A DNA stretch of 32,000 nt from Candidatus Methanoperedens sp. (GTDB lineage: Archaea > Halobacteriota > Methanosarcinia > Methanosarcinales > Methanoperedenaceae). The notes beneath the pieces were generated by a model, which ran no database searches, was not told the DNA's origin, and worked only from the letters and a program-made list of their open reading frames with translations. Shown piece by piece: positions 1-11,260 of the stretch. Each line of letters begins with the position of its first letter. The first letter of the stretch is position 1. Both the position numbers and the translations under genes were made by a program. The stretch spans positions 90,001-122,000 of the forward strand of contig JAPZAR010000031.1 in assembly GCA_027460535.1 (NCBI GenBank), in the 5' to 3' direction.

Positions 1-378
1 ACCGAGGATGACCGTATTAACCTTGAAATAATATTTTATAAGCTCCGCCATGCGGTACATCTGCAGGCAGGTAGCATCTATCGCCACCATATCCGTGTTT
101 TTAATATACGGGTCCTGGTTCTCAGCAAATAGACCGACGCTCTCCCTTACGAAAACGCAGTTTTTAGTTGAAATATACCTGGCGCCAATCTCAACCAACC
201 TGTCATCCCCCCCTTTCCCCAGCCTGACAGGGATCAATCCAAGCGCATGGATTATTTCTTCAGGAATATTGTAATTGAACCATCCCACAACATTTGCTCC
301 ATTTTCCCTTGCTTTGGCGAGCTCTCCGGGTCTTTCCTTTACAGCCTCGTCGATCTTTTTTAACGTATCCAGCGCCAT
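1..378 (-). CDS. 2-hydroxyacyl-CoA dehydratase / benzoyl-CoA reductase-type subunit (HgdB/BcrB-like), N-terminal 126 codons; gene continues beyond the window start
   Basis: Not in the ORF track because it runs off the edge. ATG at 378-376, 2 nt after the stop of the upstream ATPase gene, opens a frame that stays open to position 1: MALDTLKKIDEAVKERPGELAKARENGANVVGWFNYNIPEEIIHALGLIPVRLG... This N-terminus and the pairing with a BcrA/HgdC-type ATPase are typical of the dehydratase component. Confidence 0.55.
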   Translation of the reverse strand, partial: MALDTLKKIDEAVKERPGELAKARENGANVVGWFNYNIPEEIIHALGLIPVRLGKGGDDRLVEIGARYISTKNCVFVRESVGLFAENQDPYIKNTDMVAIDATCLQMYRMAELIKYYFKVNTVILG

Positions 379-380
379 TT

Positions 381-1187
381 TTACACCTTTCCTCCGTAGC
401 TTTTTGCAAGTATTGCCGCTCCCAGCGCCCCAACCAACTGCGGATCGTATTCCGGTGCAACTATCTTAGCCTTCAGCACTTCTTCGAGTGCAGATTTCAT
501 TCCCACATTCTTTGCCACCCCGCCTGAGAAGAACACATCACTTTCCAAACCTACGCGCGAAAACATCCCGGATACCCTGTTCGCAATGGCATGGTGGATT
601 CCTTTGAGGATGTTCTCCGGTTTCTCGCCTCTTGCCAGCAGGGAAATAGTCTCGGATTCGGCGAAGACCGTGCATGTGCTGCTCATGGGCACGATTTCTT
701 TTGCTTTCAGTGCTAAAGGACCAAGATCATTAAGTTTAACCTTGAAAACATTAGCCATTACTTCAAGGAATCGCCCTGTGCCCGCTGCGCATTTATCATT
801 CATGGCAAAATCTATGACATTGCCATCCTCGTCCAGGCGGATCGCCTTGCAGTCCTGTCCCCCCATATCGATTATTGTTCTTGTTCCAGGATGGAGATAA
901 TGGGCGCCTTTTGCATGGCAGGTTATCTCGGTTACGGTCTTGTTTGCATACGGGGCTGAAATTCTGCCATAACCTGTAGCAACGATATATTTCAGGTCAT
1001 CACGCGTCAGTTTTGCCGCATCAAGCGCCTTCTGGAGAGCCTTCAGGCCATTCTCTTCCGTATTTATCCCAGTTGGAATAAGACCGTGGCCAAGTATAGT
1101 GCCGTTGGATACGATCACAGATTTGGTCGTTAGCGAGCCCACATCCACACCCGCAAATATTGGTTTATCATCTATTTTTTTTGTCAT
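381..1187 (-). CDS. BadF/BadG/BcrA/BcrD-family ATPase, HgdC-like activator of 2-hydroxyacyl-CoA dehydratase
   Basis: 268-aa ORF with acetate/sugar-kinase-fold motifs: GVDVGSLTTK, IIDMGGQDCK, NDKCAAGTGRFLE, FSGGVAKN. Tightly coupled to the downstream dehydratase-like gene. Confidence 0.85.
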   Translation of the reverse strand: MTKKIDDKPIFAGVDVGSLTTKSVIVSNGTILGHGLIPTGINTEENGLKALQKALDAAKLTRDDLKYIVATGYGRISAPYANKTVTEITCHAKGAHYLHPGTRTIIDMGGQDCKAIRLDEDGNVIDFAMNDKCAAGTGRFLEVMANVFKVKLNDLGPLALKAKEIVPMSSTCTVFAESETISLLARGEKPENILKGIHHAIANRVSGMFSRVGLESDVFFSGGVAKNVGMKSALEEVLKAKIVAPEYDPQLVGALGAAILAKSYGGKV

Positions 1188-1326
1188 ATTATACTCCTAA
1201 TGTAGAGTAAACACACTATACTCTATTCTTATAATACTCTTTAGAAATCAGCAACTGCAGCCTAATTTATTCCAAATCCTGCATCATTGTGGCAATATTT
1301 TCCGAATCAATTCTGTTTTCTGCCGT

Positions 1327-1557
1327 CTAGAAAGTATAGAACGCCAGGGTACCAAATGGAAGCATAAACCCCAGAAGAATCACCTGCACTCCAAAGGCAT
1401 CCCCTATTATCCCTCCAAGCATAGGCCTAAGAATAGCGCCAGTGCTGGAGCCAAGGAATGGTGATTCTATCTTGTCCTTTTCTCCATCAATATTTCCAAG
1501 CTGTGTAAAATCAGGGTTAGGCAGCCCGGAATGTATTCCAAGGATTAATGAAGCCAT
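1327..1557 (-). CDS. Small hydrophobic ORF, possibly the C-terminal remnant of a transporter
   Basis: 76-aa ORF ending in Gly-rich hydrophobic segments (LGSSTGAILRPMLGGIIGDAFGVQVILLGFMLPFGTLAFY). No convincing upstream extension, since an in-frame stop lies at 1597-1599. Sits in a ~560-bp otherwise non-coding gap. Confidence 0.2.
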   Translation of the reverse strand: MASLILGIHSGLPNPDFTQLGNIDGEKDKIESPFLGSSTGAILRPMLGGIIGDAFGVQVILLGFMLPFGTLAFYTF

Positions 1558-1751
1558 TCCAGGTTGGGTGATATCTTTTCCTAATCCAGGTCTCCCTCAG
1601 TTGAGCCGCCTTCGTAAAAAAGCTGTCTGTAGAATAGTGAAGCAATGGGCTGAATCTATCTACTGAGGCTATCCCCGCGAGATCATCACCCACATGGAAA
1701 GTATTTTTGCGTGCGCTGCGAATATTCTGCCCCGTAAAAAAGGAGGAGAGT

Positions 1752-2996
1752 TTAATCTCTCCTCAGTATTAAATATCCTGTCGTAACAAGTCCTGCCATT
1801 GCAAACAACTCCCAATACCACTGCTGTGGTTCGGCTATAATGCCCGGTTTCGTATCCGTCTGCAGGGAATTTGACGATAGTGTTTGAGATGGCGCTGCTG
1901 CCTGCAGCGAGGCAGGCGCTGGAGTTGCAGCTGCTGTCTGTGTCGCAGCGGGCATGGTAGTAGCAGTTGCTGTAGCACTTGCGGCTTTTAATTCCACCTT
2001 GGGCGCTGTCGGAATTGTTTGTTCGAGAATCGGATAGAACCGCAGCGCAGTCGAACTATCCGCCACCCTGAACTTCAGGTCACCGTACAACGGCTGCACC
2101 GTGTTCTGGTCAAGGTTTATGGTCTTGTCCTTATTGTAGAGGAGCACGTAGTTTTCATTTGCCTCCTTGACCTCAAATACCCCAAACGCATCCCCAGCTT
2201 TGACCTCAAGCACATTCTGTGAGATGAACCATGTATATCTGAGCTGGACTAAAGTAGACATACCTTCTGCACCTGCAAAAATGCTCACTACATTTGTAAC
2301 GAATACCGGGACATCGGATTCACCTTTCAGGTTATTCACGGAATACGAATAAACGTCACCCTCGTTAACCACTTTATTATCCAATATTTTTCCATCCCTG
2401 GATAAGGAAAGGTGCGCCTGTCTTGGGGATGCTGTTGTATCAAGTGCTTCGACAGTAAGATTATAACCTTCCCCGAGCTCCCAGATTGTACCAAGCTTTA
2501 ATGTCTTCTGTTCTTCAATACCTCTTCCCTGATTAACAAGTAACCTGGCTAACTTATTTGCTTTGCCGTTTACAGCCACGTACTGCACGCCAAACCAGCC
2601 AAGCTGAGCATATTTACCGCCTGTAGCGCTCTTTGTAAAGGTACCGCTGCTGTAATCAAGACCATTCTCTACTTCTTTGCCCTTCTCAGTGAACACTGTA
2701 AAGTTCTGGTCTGTGAGTGAGGTATTATAGAAAAGATTTTCCTTCTGGATAGTCCTGCTGCTGGCTGTTAAGCTTGATGCAGATTGAGTAATGCTGAGAG
2801 TTTCACTTGATTTGCCGCCGTTAAAGTTATACCAGAAACCCGGGAATTTCTGGGCATCCCACAGCAATGTGGTATTATATATTTTCGAACCCTGGTCAAA
2901 AACAACGCCGTGAATCTCGACTTTGGTCACATTGGCAGCAGTTGCGGGCATTATTAAAATGAGCACGAGTGCAAATATTGCTATTATTTTTTTCAT
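1752..2996 (-). CDS. S-layer-type surface protein (Methanosarcinales S-layer duplication domain, DUF1608-like) with signal peptide and C-terminal membrane anchor
   Basis: 414 aa. N-terminal signal peptide MKKIIAIFALVLILIMPATA. Domain strings GFWYNFNGGKSSETLSI, YAQLGWFGVQYVAVNGKANKLARLL, KTLKLGTIWELGEGYNLTVEALD, AHLSLSRDGKILD. Ala/Thr/Gln-rich linker, then C-terminal TM WYWELFAMAGLVTTGYLILRRD. Confidence 0.75.
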   Translation of the reverse strand: MKKIIAIFALVLILIMPATAANVTKVEIHGVVFDQGSKIYNTTLLWDAQKFPGFWYNFNGGKSSETLSITQSASSLTASSRTIQKENLFYNTSLTDQNFTVFTEKGKEVENGLDYSSGTFTKSATGGKYAQLGWFGVQYVAVNGKANKLARLLVNQGRGIEEQKTLKLGTIWELGEGYNLTVEALDTTASPRQAHLSLSRDGKILDNKVVNEGDVYSYSVNNLKGESDVPVFVTNVVSIFAGAEGMSTLVQLRYTWFISQNVLEVKAGDAFGVFEVKEANENYVLLYNKDKTINLDQNTVQPLYGDLKFRVADSSTALRFYPILEQTIPTAPKVELKAASATATATTMPAATQTAAATPAPASLQAAAPSQTLSSNSLQTDTKPGIIAEPQQWYWELFAMAGLVTTGYLILRRD

Positions 2997-3303
2997 TTTT
3001 ATTATCTCCGTATGCCAGACATTTTCCCAAACTTATATAATGATAGAGAAATCAGCAAGAGTTGTCATCATAGTTCCAGAAACCAAATAAACCCGGCAAA
3101 TTAATCCGCATATATTCCAATTAGCGAGGATTCAAAGCAAAATCATCCTCTTTACAATATTAAATAGACTGAAAGAAGTAAGCGCATGTGCAATCGCGGT
3201 TGCACACCTGTGCAACAGAGTGAGCTTCTCCCATCTCCATACCTCCGACCATCAGATTATAAAAAATTTTGAGAGGAATATCAGTAAAAGCAACAAAAAC
3301 TGT

Positions 3304-3522
3304 TCAGCATTTTCTTATAATCACTCTAAGATCTCGGCCCGAATCCTCAATCTTAACTATCTCATGCCCGTGTTCCTTGCTCCACCGCGGAATCGTATCT
3401 TTTGCGATGGTATCATCAGTCAATACTTCAAGCTCTTCCCCGGGTTTCAACCCGTCGATCTCTTTCTTGGTGTAGAACAGCGGCAGCGGGCATACCTTGC
3501 CTCTTGCGTCTAATTTATGCAT
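3304..3522 (-). CDS. TusA/SirA-family sulfur-carrier protein
   Basis: 72 aa, LDARGKVCPLPL (CPxP active-site motif), with typical length and the ...EIVKIEDSGRDLRVIIRK ending. Confidence 0.85.
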   Translation of the reverse strand: MHKLDARGKVCPLPLFYTKKEIDGLKPGEELEVLTDDTIAKDTIPRWSKEHGHEIVKIEDSGRDLRVIIRKC

Positions 3523-4451
3523 GTATCTCCCATGAATTTCCGGTTTATTGTAATTTAAGGTGCAGGCAAAAATTGCTCTTATTGTTTGCCTTAGCCTTTA
3601 ACCCGATATCCAGCACGAGACTGGGTATCTCGGTACACGGTCTTTGGATTGTGCCAACAAAGATTTGTCATATTTATCGACCTTTAAAATAAACCTCGTG
3701 TTCATTATTTGATTCAGCTGCCTTCTCAACTCTTGCTATCATAGCATCAAGAGTGTCAAGTATCGGCGTTCTCCTCTGCGTTCGTGAGTACTCAAACTCG
3801 CGCCATTCCTTCAACGTATCGAGAACCGGAGTTGTTTTCTGTTCTTTGCCTTTGTCGGAGACAAAGACGATTCCTTCTTTTGATGTTTTTCATTTTGTAT
3901 CACCTGATACATAACAAATAACTCAATACTTATATCAATTCAGAAATCAGCAACTTTTGACAGATATATTCTGAAACTGTAACAATAGAGACAATTTTTT
4001 CCCACTGATTATACCTTATGGCGGCTCAGCCCGCAATAGCAAGCCAACCATGACCGATGGAGGCAACCATCTCCCAAAACACTGGATAAAAGCTGCCTGC
4101 GGGAGATCGTGAGGGTTGATAAAGGGAGCATGAGCCGTTACTCTAGAAGTTTCACACAATACATCACAACAAATTGATTTTTATGGGATTATTGCCTTGG
4201 TCTTCCTGAAAACCGAATGAATTTGTCAAATTTGGCTCATTTCTCGATTTAAATATCTTAGAAAACTATGCTGTATTGGTGATAAAATGACACTACAAGA
4301 AAACAGAAGGGGTTTACTTTGCCCCAGATACAGATACCGGTAAGGGTATAGTTAAAGGGGAATCCAATCTACTGCCCGAAAGCGGGCAGGAAAAAGATTT
4401 GGTTAAAAGCTCAAGCAATCTCCAGATACAGGATTTTGTCTGGTGGCTGAT

Positions 4452-4601
4452 ATGACTTCAACCAAACAGTACAAATGCCCCAACTGCAAGGCCACGATAT
4501 CAATAACGAGCGCGGATTTTATCAAAGGGATAGCCATGGCATCATGCAGTGACTGCGGTAAAGATGCTTTTGCCATCGAAGAAATCCTGTTGAAGGGATA
4601 A
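4452..4601 (+). CDS. Small zinc-ribbon protein (49 aa), hypothetical
   Basis: ATG 4452 to TAA 4599-4601: MTSTKQYKCPNCKATISITSADFIKGIAMASCSDCGKDAFAIEEILLKG, with two CxxC pairs. Below the ORF-track length cutoff and has no obvious RBS. Confidence 0.3.
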   Translation: MTSTKQYKCPNCKATISITSADFIKGIAMASCSDCGKDAFAIEEILLKG

Positions 4602-4700
4602 AAATGAATAAGCGGGGGGTTCTAGGCGTTGTTGTCATAATATTTTTCTCCTATAATATTTTCTCCTACATAGTAATGTTAAAATGCCTCTGAAGCCGCA

Positions 4701-6357
<1,657 letters not shown>

Positions 6358-6410
6358 TATTCCTCCTATAATTTGCATGATGGCATACGGCTGTCTACTG
6401 AATAGTTAAT

Positions 6411-6421
6411 ATTATATAAAG
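6411..6421 (-). promoter_or_regulatory. Candidate archaeal TATA box for amtB-glnK
   Basis: The minus strand reads CTTTATATAAT, ~54 nt upstream of the 6357 start, in the AT-rich divergent intergenic region. Confidence 0.4.
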
Positions 6422-6433
6422 CTTATCATAGAT

Positions 6434-6465
6434 AATATCTTTATACTGAATATCTTTATATATTA
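6434..6465 (+). promoter_or_regulatory. Candidate nifH promoter: direct 12-mer repeat AATATCTTTATA (6434-6445, 6449-6460), the second copy forming a TATA box (CTTTATATATTA, 6454-6465)
   Basis: Read directly. The TATA-like box lies ~45-55 nt upstream of the nifH ATG (6508). RBS GAGGAGGA at 6496-6503. Confidence 0.4.
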
Positions 6466-6480
6466 TTAAATCACCAGTAG

Positions 6481-7332
<852 letters not shown>

Positions 7333-7336
7333 GAAC

Positions 7337-7654
7337 ATGAAGATGATACGTGCAATAATCAGGCCGAACAGGGAAGAAAAAGTCGTGGAGCATCTGGAAA
7401 AAGATGGATTCTACTCCATGACCAAGATGAATGTGTTCGGGCGAGGCAAACAGAAAGGAATCAGGGTAGGGACGGTTTGTTACGATGAACTTCCCAAGGT
7501 GATGCTGATGCTGGTCGTGGAGGACGAGGACGTTCCAAAGGCGGTGAACGTTATCCAGAACAGCGCACGCACCGGGAATATCGGGGACGGCAAGATCTTC
7601 GTGACCGATGTTTCAGAGGCGTACACTGTGAGGACCGGAGAATCAGGATTATAG
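7337..7654 (+). CDS. nifI1: P-II-like nitrogenase regulator NifI1
   Basis: MKMIRAIIRPNREEKV..., GRGKQKG T-loop, TGNIGDGKIFVTDV. The start at 7337 follows GGAGAGGTGA; the track ORF begins 18 nt earlier. Located between nifH and nifD as in methanogen nif operons. Confidence 0.9.
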   Translation: MKMIRAIIRPNREEKVVEHLEKDGFYSMTKMNVFGRGKQKGIRVGTVCYDELPKVMLMLVVEDEDVPKAVNVIQNSARTGNIGDGKIFVTDVSEAYTVRTGESGL

Positions 7655-7662
7655 GTGAGATA

Positions 7663-8040
7663 ATGAAGGAAGTTATCGCCATAATACGAAGGCACAGGTT
7701 GCAGGAGACAAAAGCAGGTCTTCTGGGGATTGGCGTTCCCACCCTTACAATGGTAAGCGTGGAAGGCAGAGGAAAACAGAAAGGACTGCCGGGCTGGAAT
7801 TATGAACTTGATCCCACACTCACTGAGGTGGAAGAGAAAAATACTGGCGCAAGCATGCGCTTTATTCCCAAGAGGATGATATACGCTGTGGTCGAGGATG
7901 AAGATGTCACAAAAGTTGTTGAGACCATAATCAGGACAAACCAGAGCGGGCACATAGGAGACGGCAAGATCTTCGTGTGCCCTCTGGAAGATGCAGTGAG
8001 AGTTAGAACAGGAGAGAGCGGAGAACAGGCATTGAAGTGA
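7663..8040 (+). CDS. nifI2: P-II-like nitrogenase regulator NifI2
   Basis: MKEVIAIIRRHRL..., with an extended T-loop insertion (GRGKQKGLPGWNYELDPTLTEVEEKNTGASMRFIPKR) and C-terminal SGHIGDGKIFVCPLEDAVRVRTGE. Confidence 0.9.
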   Translation: MKEVIAIIRRHRLQETKAGLLGIGVPTLTMVSVEGRGKQKGLPGWNYELDPTLTEVEEKNTGASMRFIPKRMIYAVVEDEDVTKVVETIIRTNQSGHIGDGKIFVCPLEDAVRVRTGESGEQALK

Positions 8041-8052
8041 ATAGTAACGAAC

Positions 8053-8120
8053 CGCAGATAAACGCAGATGAACGCAGATTTACTGCTTCGGATATCTGCG
8101 TTTATTCTGGTTCATCTGCG
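8053..8120. repeat. Phased heptamer repeat / alternative hairpins in the nifI2-nifD spacer
   Basis: CGCAGAT at 8053, 8063 and 8073 (10-nt phase), with inverted ATCTGCG at 8094 and 8114. Exact complementarity for 8058-8069/8094-8105 (12 bp), 8063-8073/8110-8120 (11 bp) and 8071-8079/8094-8102 (9 bp). Confidence 0.8.
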
Positions 8121-8170
8121 ATTAAAATTGTTCAATAGGAATAATAACGCGATAAAAAGGAGAAATAAAC

Positions 8171-9541
8171 ATGACAACAATCTTACCTGAATGCGATATT
8201 CCCATACCGCAGCGTCAGCCACACATTGTATGCCATGAACCCGGGAACATGATACTGCCCATGTGCAATATCCAGACAGTGCCCGGGGACATGACCGAGC
8301 GCGGCTGCACGTTCGCGGGATGCAGGGGTGTGGTAGGCGGACCAGTAAAGGACGCAATACAACTGGTGCACGGTCCGATAGGATGCGCTTATTATACATG
8401 GGGCACGCGCAGGAACCTTTCAGATGTAAAGCTGCACAGGAAGTACTGCTTCAGTACGGACCTGACCGAAGAAAGCGTGATATACGGGGGTGCAAAAAAG
8501 CTACTAAATTCCATTATAGAAGCACATGAACTGTTTCCTGAAGGCAAGGCGGTTTTCGTGTATTCCACCTGCGTGGTCGGGCTGATAGGCGACGATACCG
8601 ACGCTATATGCAAGCAGGCCCAGGAGAAGATCGGAATACCCGTTGTGCCTTTCCATTGCGAGGGCTTCAGGGGCGTGAGCCAGTCCCTTGGACACCACAT
8701 CGCAAACCGCACGCTATTTGAGAAAGTGGTCGGGACAGAGGAGCCCGAGACCACCACGCCCTATGACATGTGCATAATCGGTGAATTCAACATCGACGGC
8801 GATGCCTGGATAGTCAAGCCGCTGTTTGAGAGAATGGGCGTGAGAGTTCTATCAGTATTCACAGGCAATGCCTCGTACCATGACATCCCCCCAATGCACA
8901 GGGCGAAACTGAATATCGTGCAGTGCCAGAGGTCCTCGACCTATATCGCCAAGATGATCCAGGACAAGTACAATATTCCCTATATCAACGTGTCCCTGTT
9001 CGGCATGAAGCAGACTGCGGACGCCCTTCGCGATGTTGGGAAGTTCTTCCACCTTGAAGAGAACGCAGAGAAGGTGATAGCAGAGGAGCTCGCAAAGTAC
9101 CAGCCAATGATCGATCACTATCGGAAGAAGCTTGAGGGCAAGAAGTGCTTCATATACCAGGGAGCGCCGCGAGCCTGGCACTGGATAGACCCGATGCGAG
9201 AGTTAGGTATCGAAGCGATTCTCACGGCAACCACGTTCGGGCACAAGGACGACTACGAGAAAATAATGGAGAAGGCAAAGCCCGGGCATATCTGCATTGA
9301 TAACCCCAATGCCCTTGAGATAGAGGAATACTTGGTCAAGCTCAAGCCTGATTTCTTCATCGGAGGCTTGAAGGAAAAATACCTGACATACAAGCTTGGT
9401 ATTCCCTTTATCAACGGACATTCCTACGAAGAAGGACCATATGCGGGATTTGAGGGCTTTGTGAATTTTGCAAAGGACATTGATGTTGCGGTGAACAGCC
9501 CTGTGTGGAAGTTCATAAACCTGCCACTGGAGGTGAAGTAA
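8171..9541 (+). CDS. nifD: Nitrogenase MoFe-protein alpha chain NifD (short, methanogen-type)
   Basis: 456 aa. HGPIGCAYYTWGTRRN, VYSTCVVGLIGDD, LNIVQCQRS, PFINGHSYEEGPYAGFEGF. The stop abuts the nifK ATG (9541/9542). Confidence 0.95.
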   Translation: MTTILPECDIPIPQRQPHIVCHEPGNMILPMCNIQTVPGDMTERGCTFAGCRGVVGGPVKDAIQLVHGPIGCAYYTWGTRRNLSDVKLHRKYCFSTDLTEESVIYGGAKKLLNSIIEAHELFPEGKAVFVYSTCVVGLIGDDTDAICKQAQEKIGIPVVPFHCEGFRGVSQSLGHHIANRTLFEKVVGTEEPETTTPYDMCIIGEFNIDGDAWIVKPLFERMGVRVLSVFTGNASYHDIPPMHRAKLNIVQCQRSSTYIAKMIQDKYNIPYINVSLFGMKQTADALRDVGKFFHLEENAEKVIAEELAKYQPMIDHYRKKLEGKKCFIYQGAPRAWHWIDPMRELGIEAILTATTFGHKDDYEKIMEKAKPGHICIDNPNALEIEEYLVKLKPDFFIGGLKEKYLTYKLGIPFINGHSYEEGPYAGFEGFVNFAKDIDVAVNSPVWKFINLPLEVK

Positions 9542-10903
9542 ATGGCTTTGATGAATCAGAGTTCTGAGCCTATCAAGACGGTTCGTAAAACTCGAAGCGT
9601 TACAATAAATCCTCCCAAGATGTGTCAGCCTATGGGTGCCATACTCGCCTACATGGGAGTGCACGGCTGCGTTCCACTGGTACATGGTTCCCAGGGATGC
9701 AGCACGTATCCCCGCTACAATATCGCGCGCCATTTCAGGGAATCTGCCGAGGTAGCGGTTTCTTCGCTTGCCGAGGACGCAGCTGTATATGGAGGAGCCA
9801 AGAACCTGACAGAGGCAATAAAGAACATCAAGTCCAGGCTGAACCCGGCTGCAATAGGTATCTGTACCACGTGCATGAGCGAAACGATAGGTGACGATGT
9901 GAAACTGATCGCAAAGAAGGCGCTGGCTGATGATACGATGAAGATATTCCCTGCGTCCACGCCGAGCTATGTTGGCACGCATCTCACTGGCTATGATAAT
10001 GCCCTCAGGACGCTTGTGGAAACGCTGGCACAAAAGGCAGAACCCAATAACAAAATAAACATTATCACGGGCATAATAAACCCCGGCGATATCAGGGAGT
10101 TAAAGAACATGCTGCGCTTAATGAATGTGCAAAGCATATTCCTGTCAGATATCTCCGAAACCCTTGATACTCCCATATTGCCTGGAGGACATAAACCAAT
10201 GCTCCCCGATGGCGGAACAAAGATTGCCGACATCGCAGATTCGGCGAACTCGCTTGGTACCATAGCGATATGCAGGACAGCAGGCTCTGCTGCCGTATAT
10301 CTTAAAAACAAGTTCAACGTGCCCGCGATCCTTGACCCTGCGCCAATCGGCGTTGCAAACACGGACAGGTTCGTGCAGAATATAAGCCGTTTGAGCAAAG
10401 TGCCAATCACAAATGAAATTGTGATCGAACGCGGCCGCCTGATAGACAGCATGGTGGACGTGCATCACTATATGTATGGCAGGAAGGTCGCGATATTCGG
10501 CGACCCTGATCTTGTGTCTGCCATCGTAAGGTTCTGCGCCGAAGCGGGCATGAACCCCACAGTAGCGATGACAGCGACAAAGCACAAGGACTTTGCCCCG
10601 GACATCAAAGCGGTGAACAGCGAATACAAGACCGATACCCAGATACTTGAAGGCACTGACCTCTATGAATTCCATGAGGTCGTGAAAACCCACGGCGCTG
10701 AACTGATACTTGGCAACTCCAAGGGCAAGGACATAGCGGATGATGAGGGTGTTCCTTTAGTGCGCTTCGGGTTCCCTGTGTATGACCGTGTGGGCGTGTA
10801 CCGCTATTCCATCATAGGCTACAACGGCTCGATATACCTTCTTGACCAGATGACGAACGCTATACTGGGGCACAAGTACGACCCAAATAAGCTTCATCAG
10901 TGA
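9542..10903 (+). CDS. nifK: Nitrogenase MoFe-protein beta chain NifK
   Basis: 453 aa. VHGSQGCSTYPR, ICTTCMSETIGDD, STPSYVGTHLTGYDNA. Confidence 0.95.
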   Translation: MALMNQSSEPIKTVRKTRSVTINPPKMCQPMGAILAYMGVHGCVPLVHGSQGCSTYPRYNIARHFRESAEVAVSSLAEDAAVYGGAKNLTEAIKNIKSRLNPAAIGICTTCMSETIGDDVKLIAKKALADDTMKIFPASTPSYVGTHLTGYDNALRTLVETLAQKAEPNNKINIITGIINPGDIRELKNMLRLMNVQSIFLSDISETLDTPILPGGHKPMLPDGGTKIADIADSANSLGTIAICRTAGSAAVYLKNKFNVPAILDPAPIGVANTDRFVQNISRLSKVPITNEIVIERGRLIDSMVDVHHYMYGRKVAIFGDPDLVSAIVRFCAEAGMNPTVAMTATKHKDFAPDIKAVNSEYKTDTQILEGTDLYEFHEVVKTHGAELILGNSKGKDIADDEGVPLVRFGFPVYDRVGVYRYSIIGYNGSIYLLDQMTNAILGHKYDPNKLHQ

Positions 10904-10912
10904 GGTGGAAGC

Positions 10913-11182
10913 ATGGAATATTTAACAGGAATAACATCTTCCGGCGGGAGCTGGACTCCCACCTTTGTGGTGCGCAGCAACATTAACGACTGCGGCTGCT
11001 GCGGAAAATGTTTCAAGATATGTGGGCGCGGTGTGTTCGAGTACATCGATCATCCCAATAGCGATGACCTTTGCGGGGCAAAAGTAATGACAGTGGCGCA
11101 TCCCGGGAACTGCATCGGCTGCGGTGCATGTGCACGCGGATGCCCGAAGAAGAATATTGTGTGCGAGCCGAAAGTGAGGTAA
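10913..11182 (+). CDS. Small 2x[4Fe-4S]-type ferredoxin-like protein
   Basis: 89 aa with Cys clusters CGCCGKCFKIC and CIGCGACARGCP. Starts 10 nt after nifK. Confidence 0.7.
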   Translation: MEYLTGITSSGGSWTPTFVVRSNINDCGCCGKCFKICGRGVFEYIDHPNSDDLCGAKVMTVAHPGNCIGCGACARGCPKKNIVCEPKVR

Positions 11183-11260
11183 GAACTTACACCGCAAAGA
11201 TTATTGTTGCTCTGCTTTGCGTTCTTTGCGGTGATTAAAACTAAACGAGGTTACCAAAAC

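Noticed and set aside
1442-1666. 74-aa +-strand ORF in the gap between the ATPase gene and the S-layer gene.
   Set aside because: It overlaps the equally weak minus-strand ORF 1327-1557 and has no motif or RBS. The region is better described as non-coding or degraded.
9203-10033. 276-aa minus-strand ORF, the longest unexplained ORF in the track.
   Set aside because: It lies entirely antisense to the strongly recognisable nifD/nifK frames. It is Arg/His/Cys-rich and has no recognisable motif, which is typical of a shadow ORF in GC-rich coding DNA. The same reasoning applies to 7480-7953, 8392-8757, 9991-10452, 10145-10693 and the +-strand ORFs inside amtB (5317-5851).
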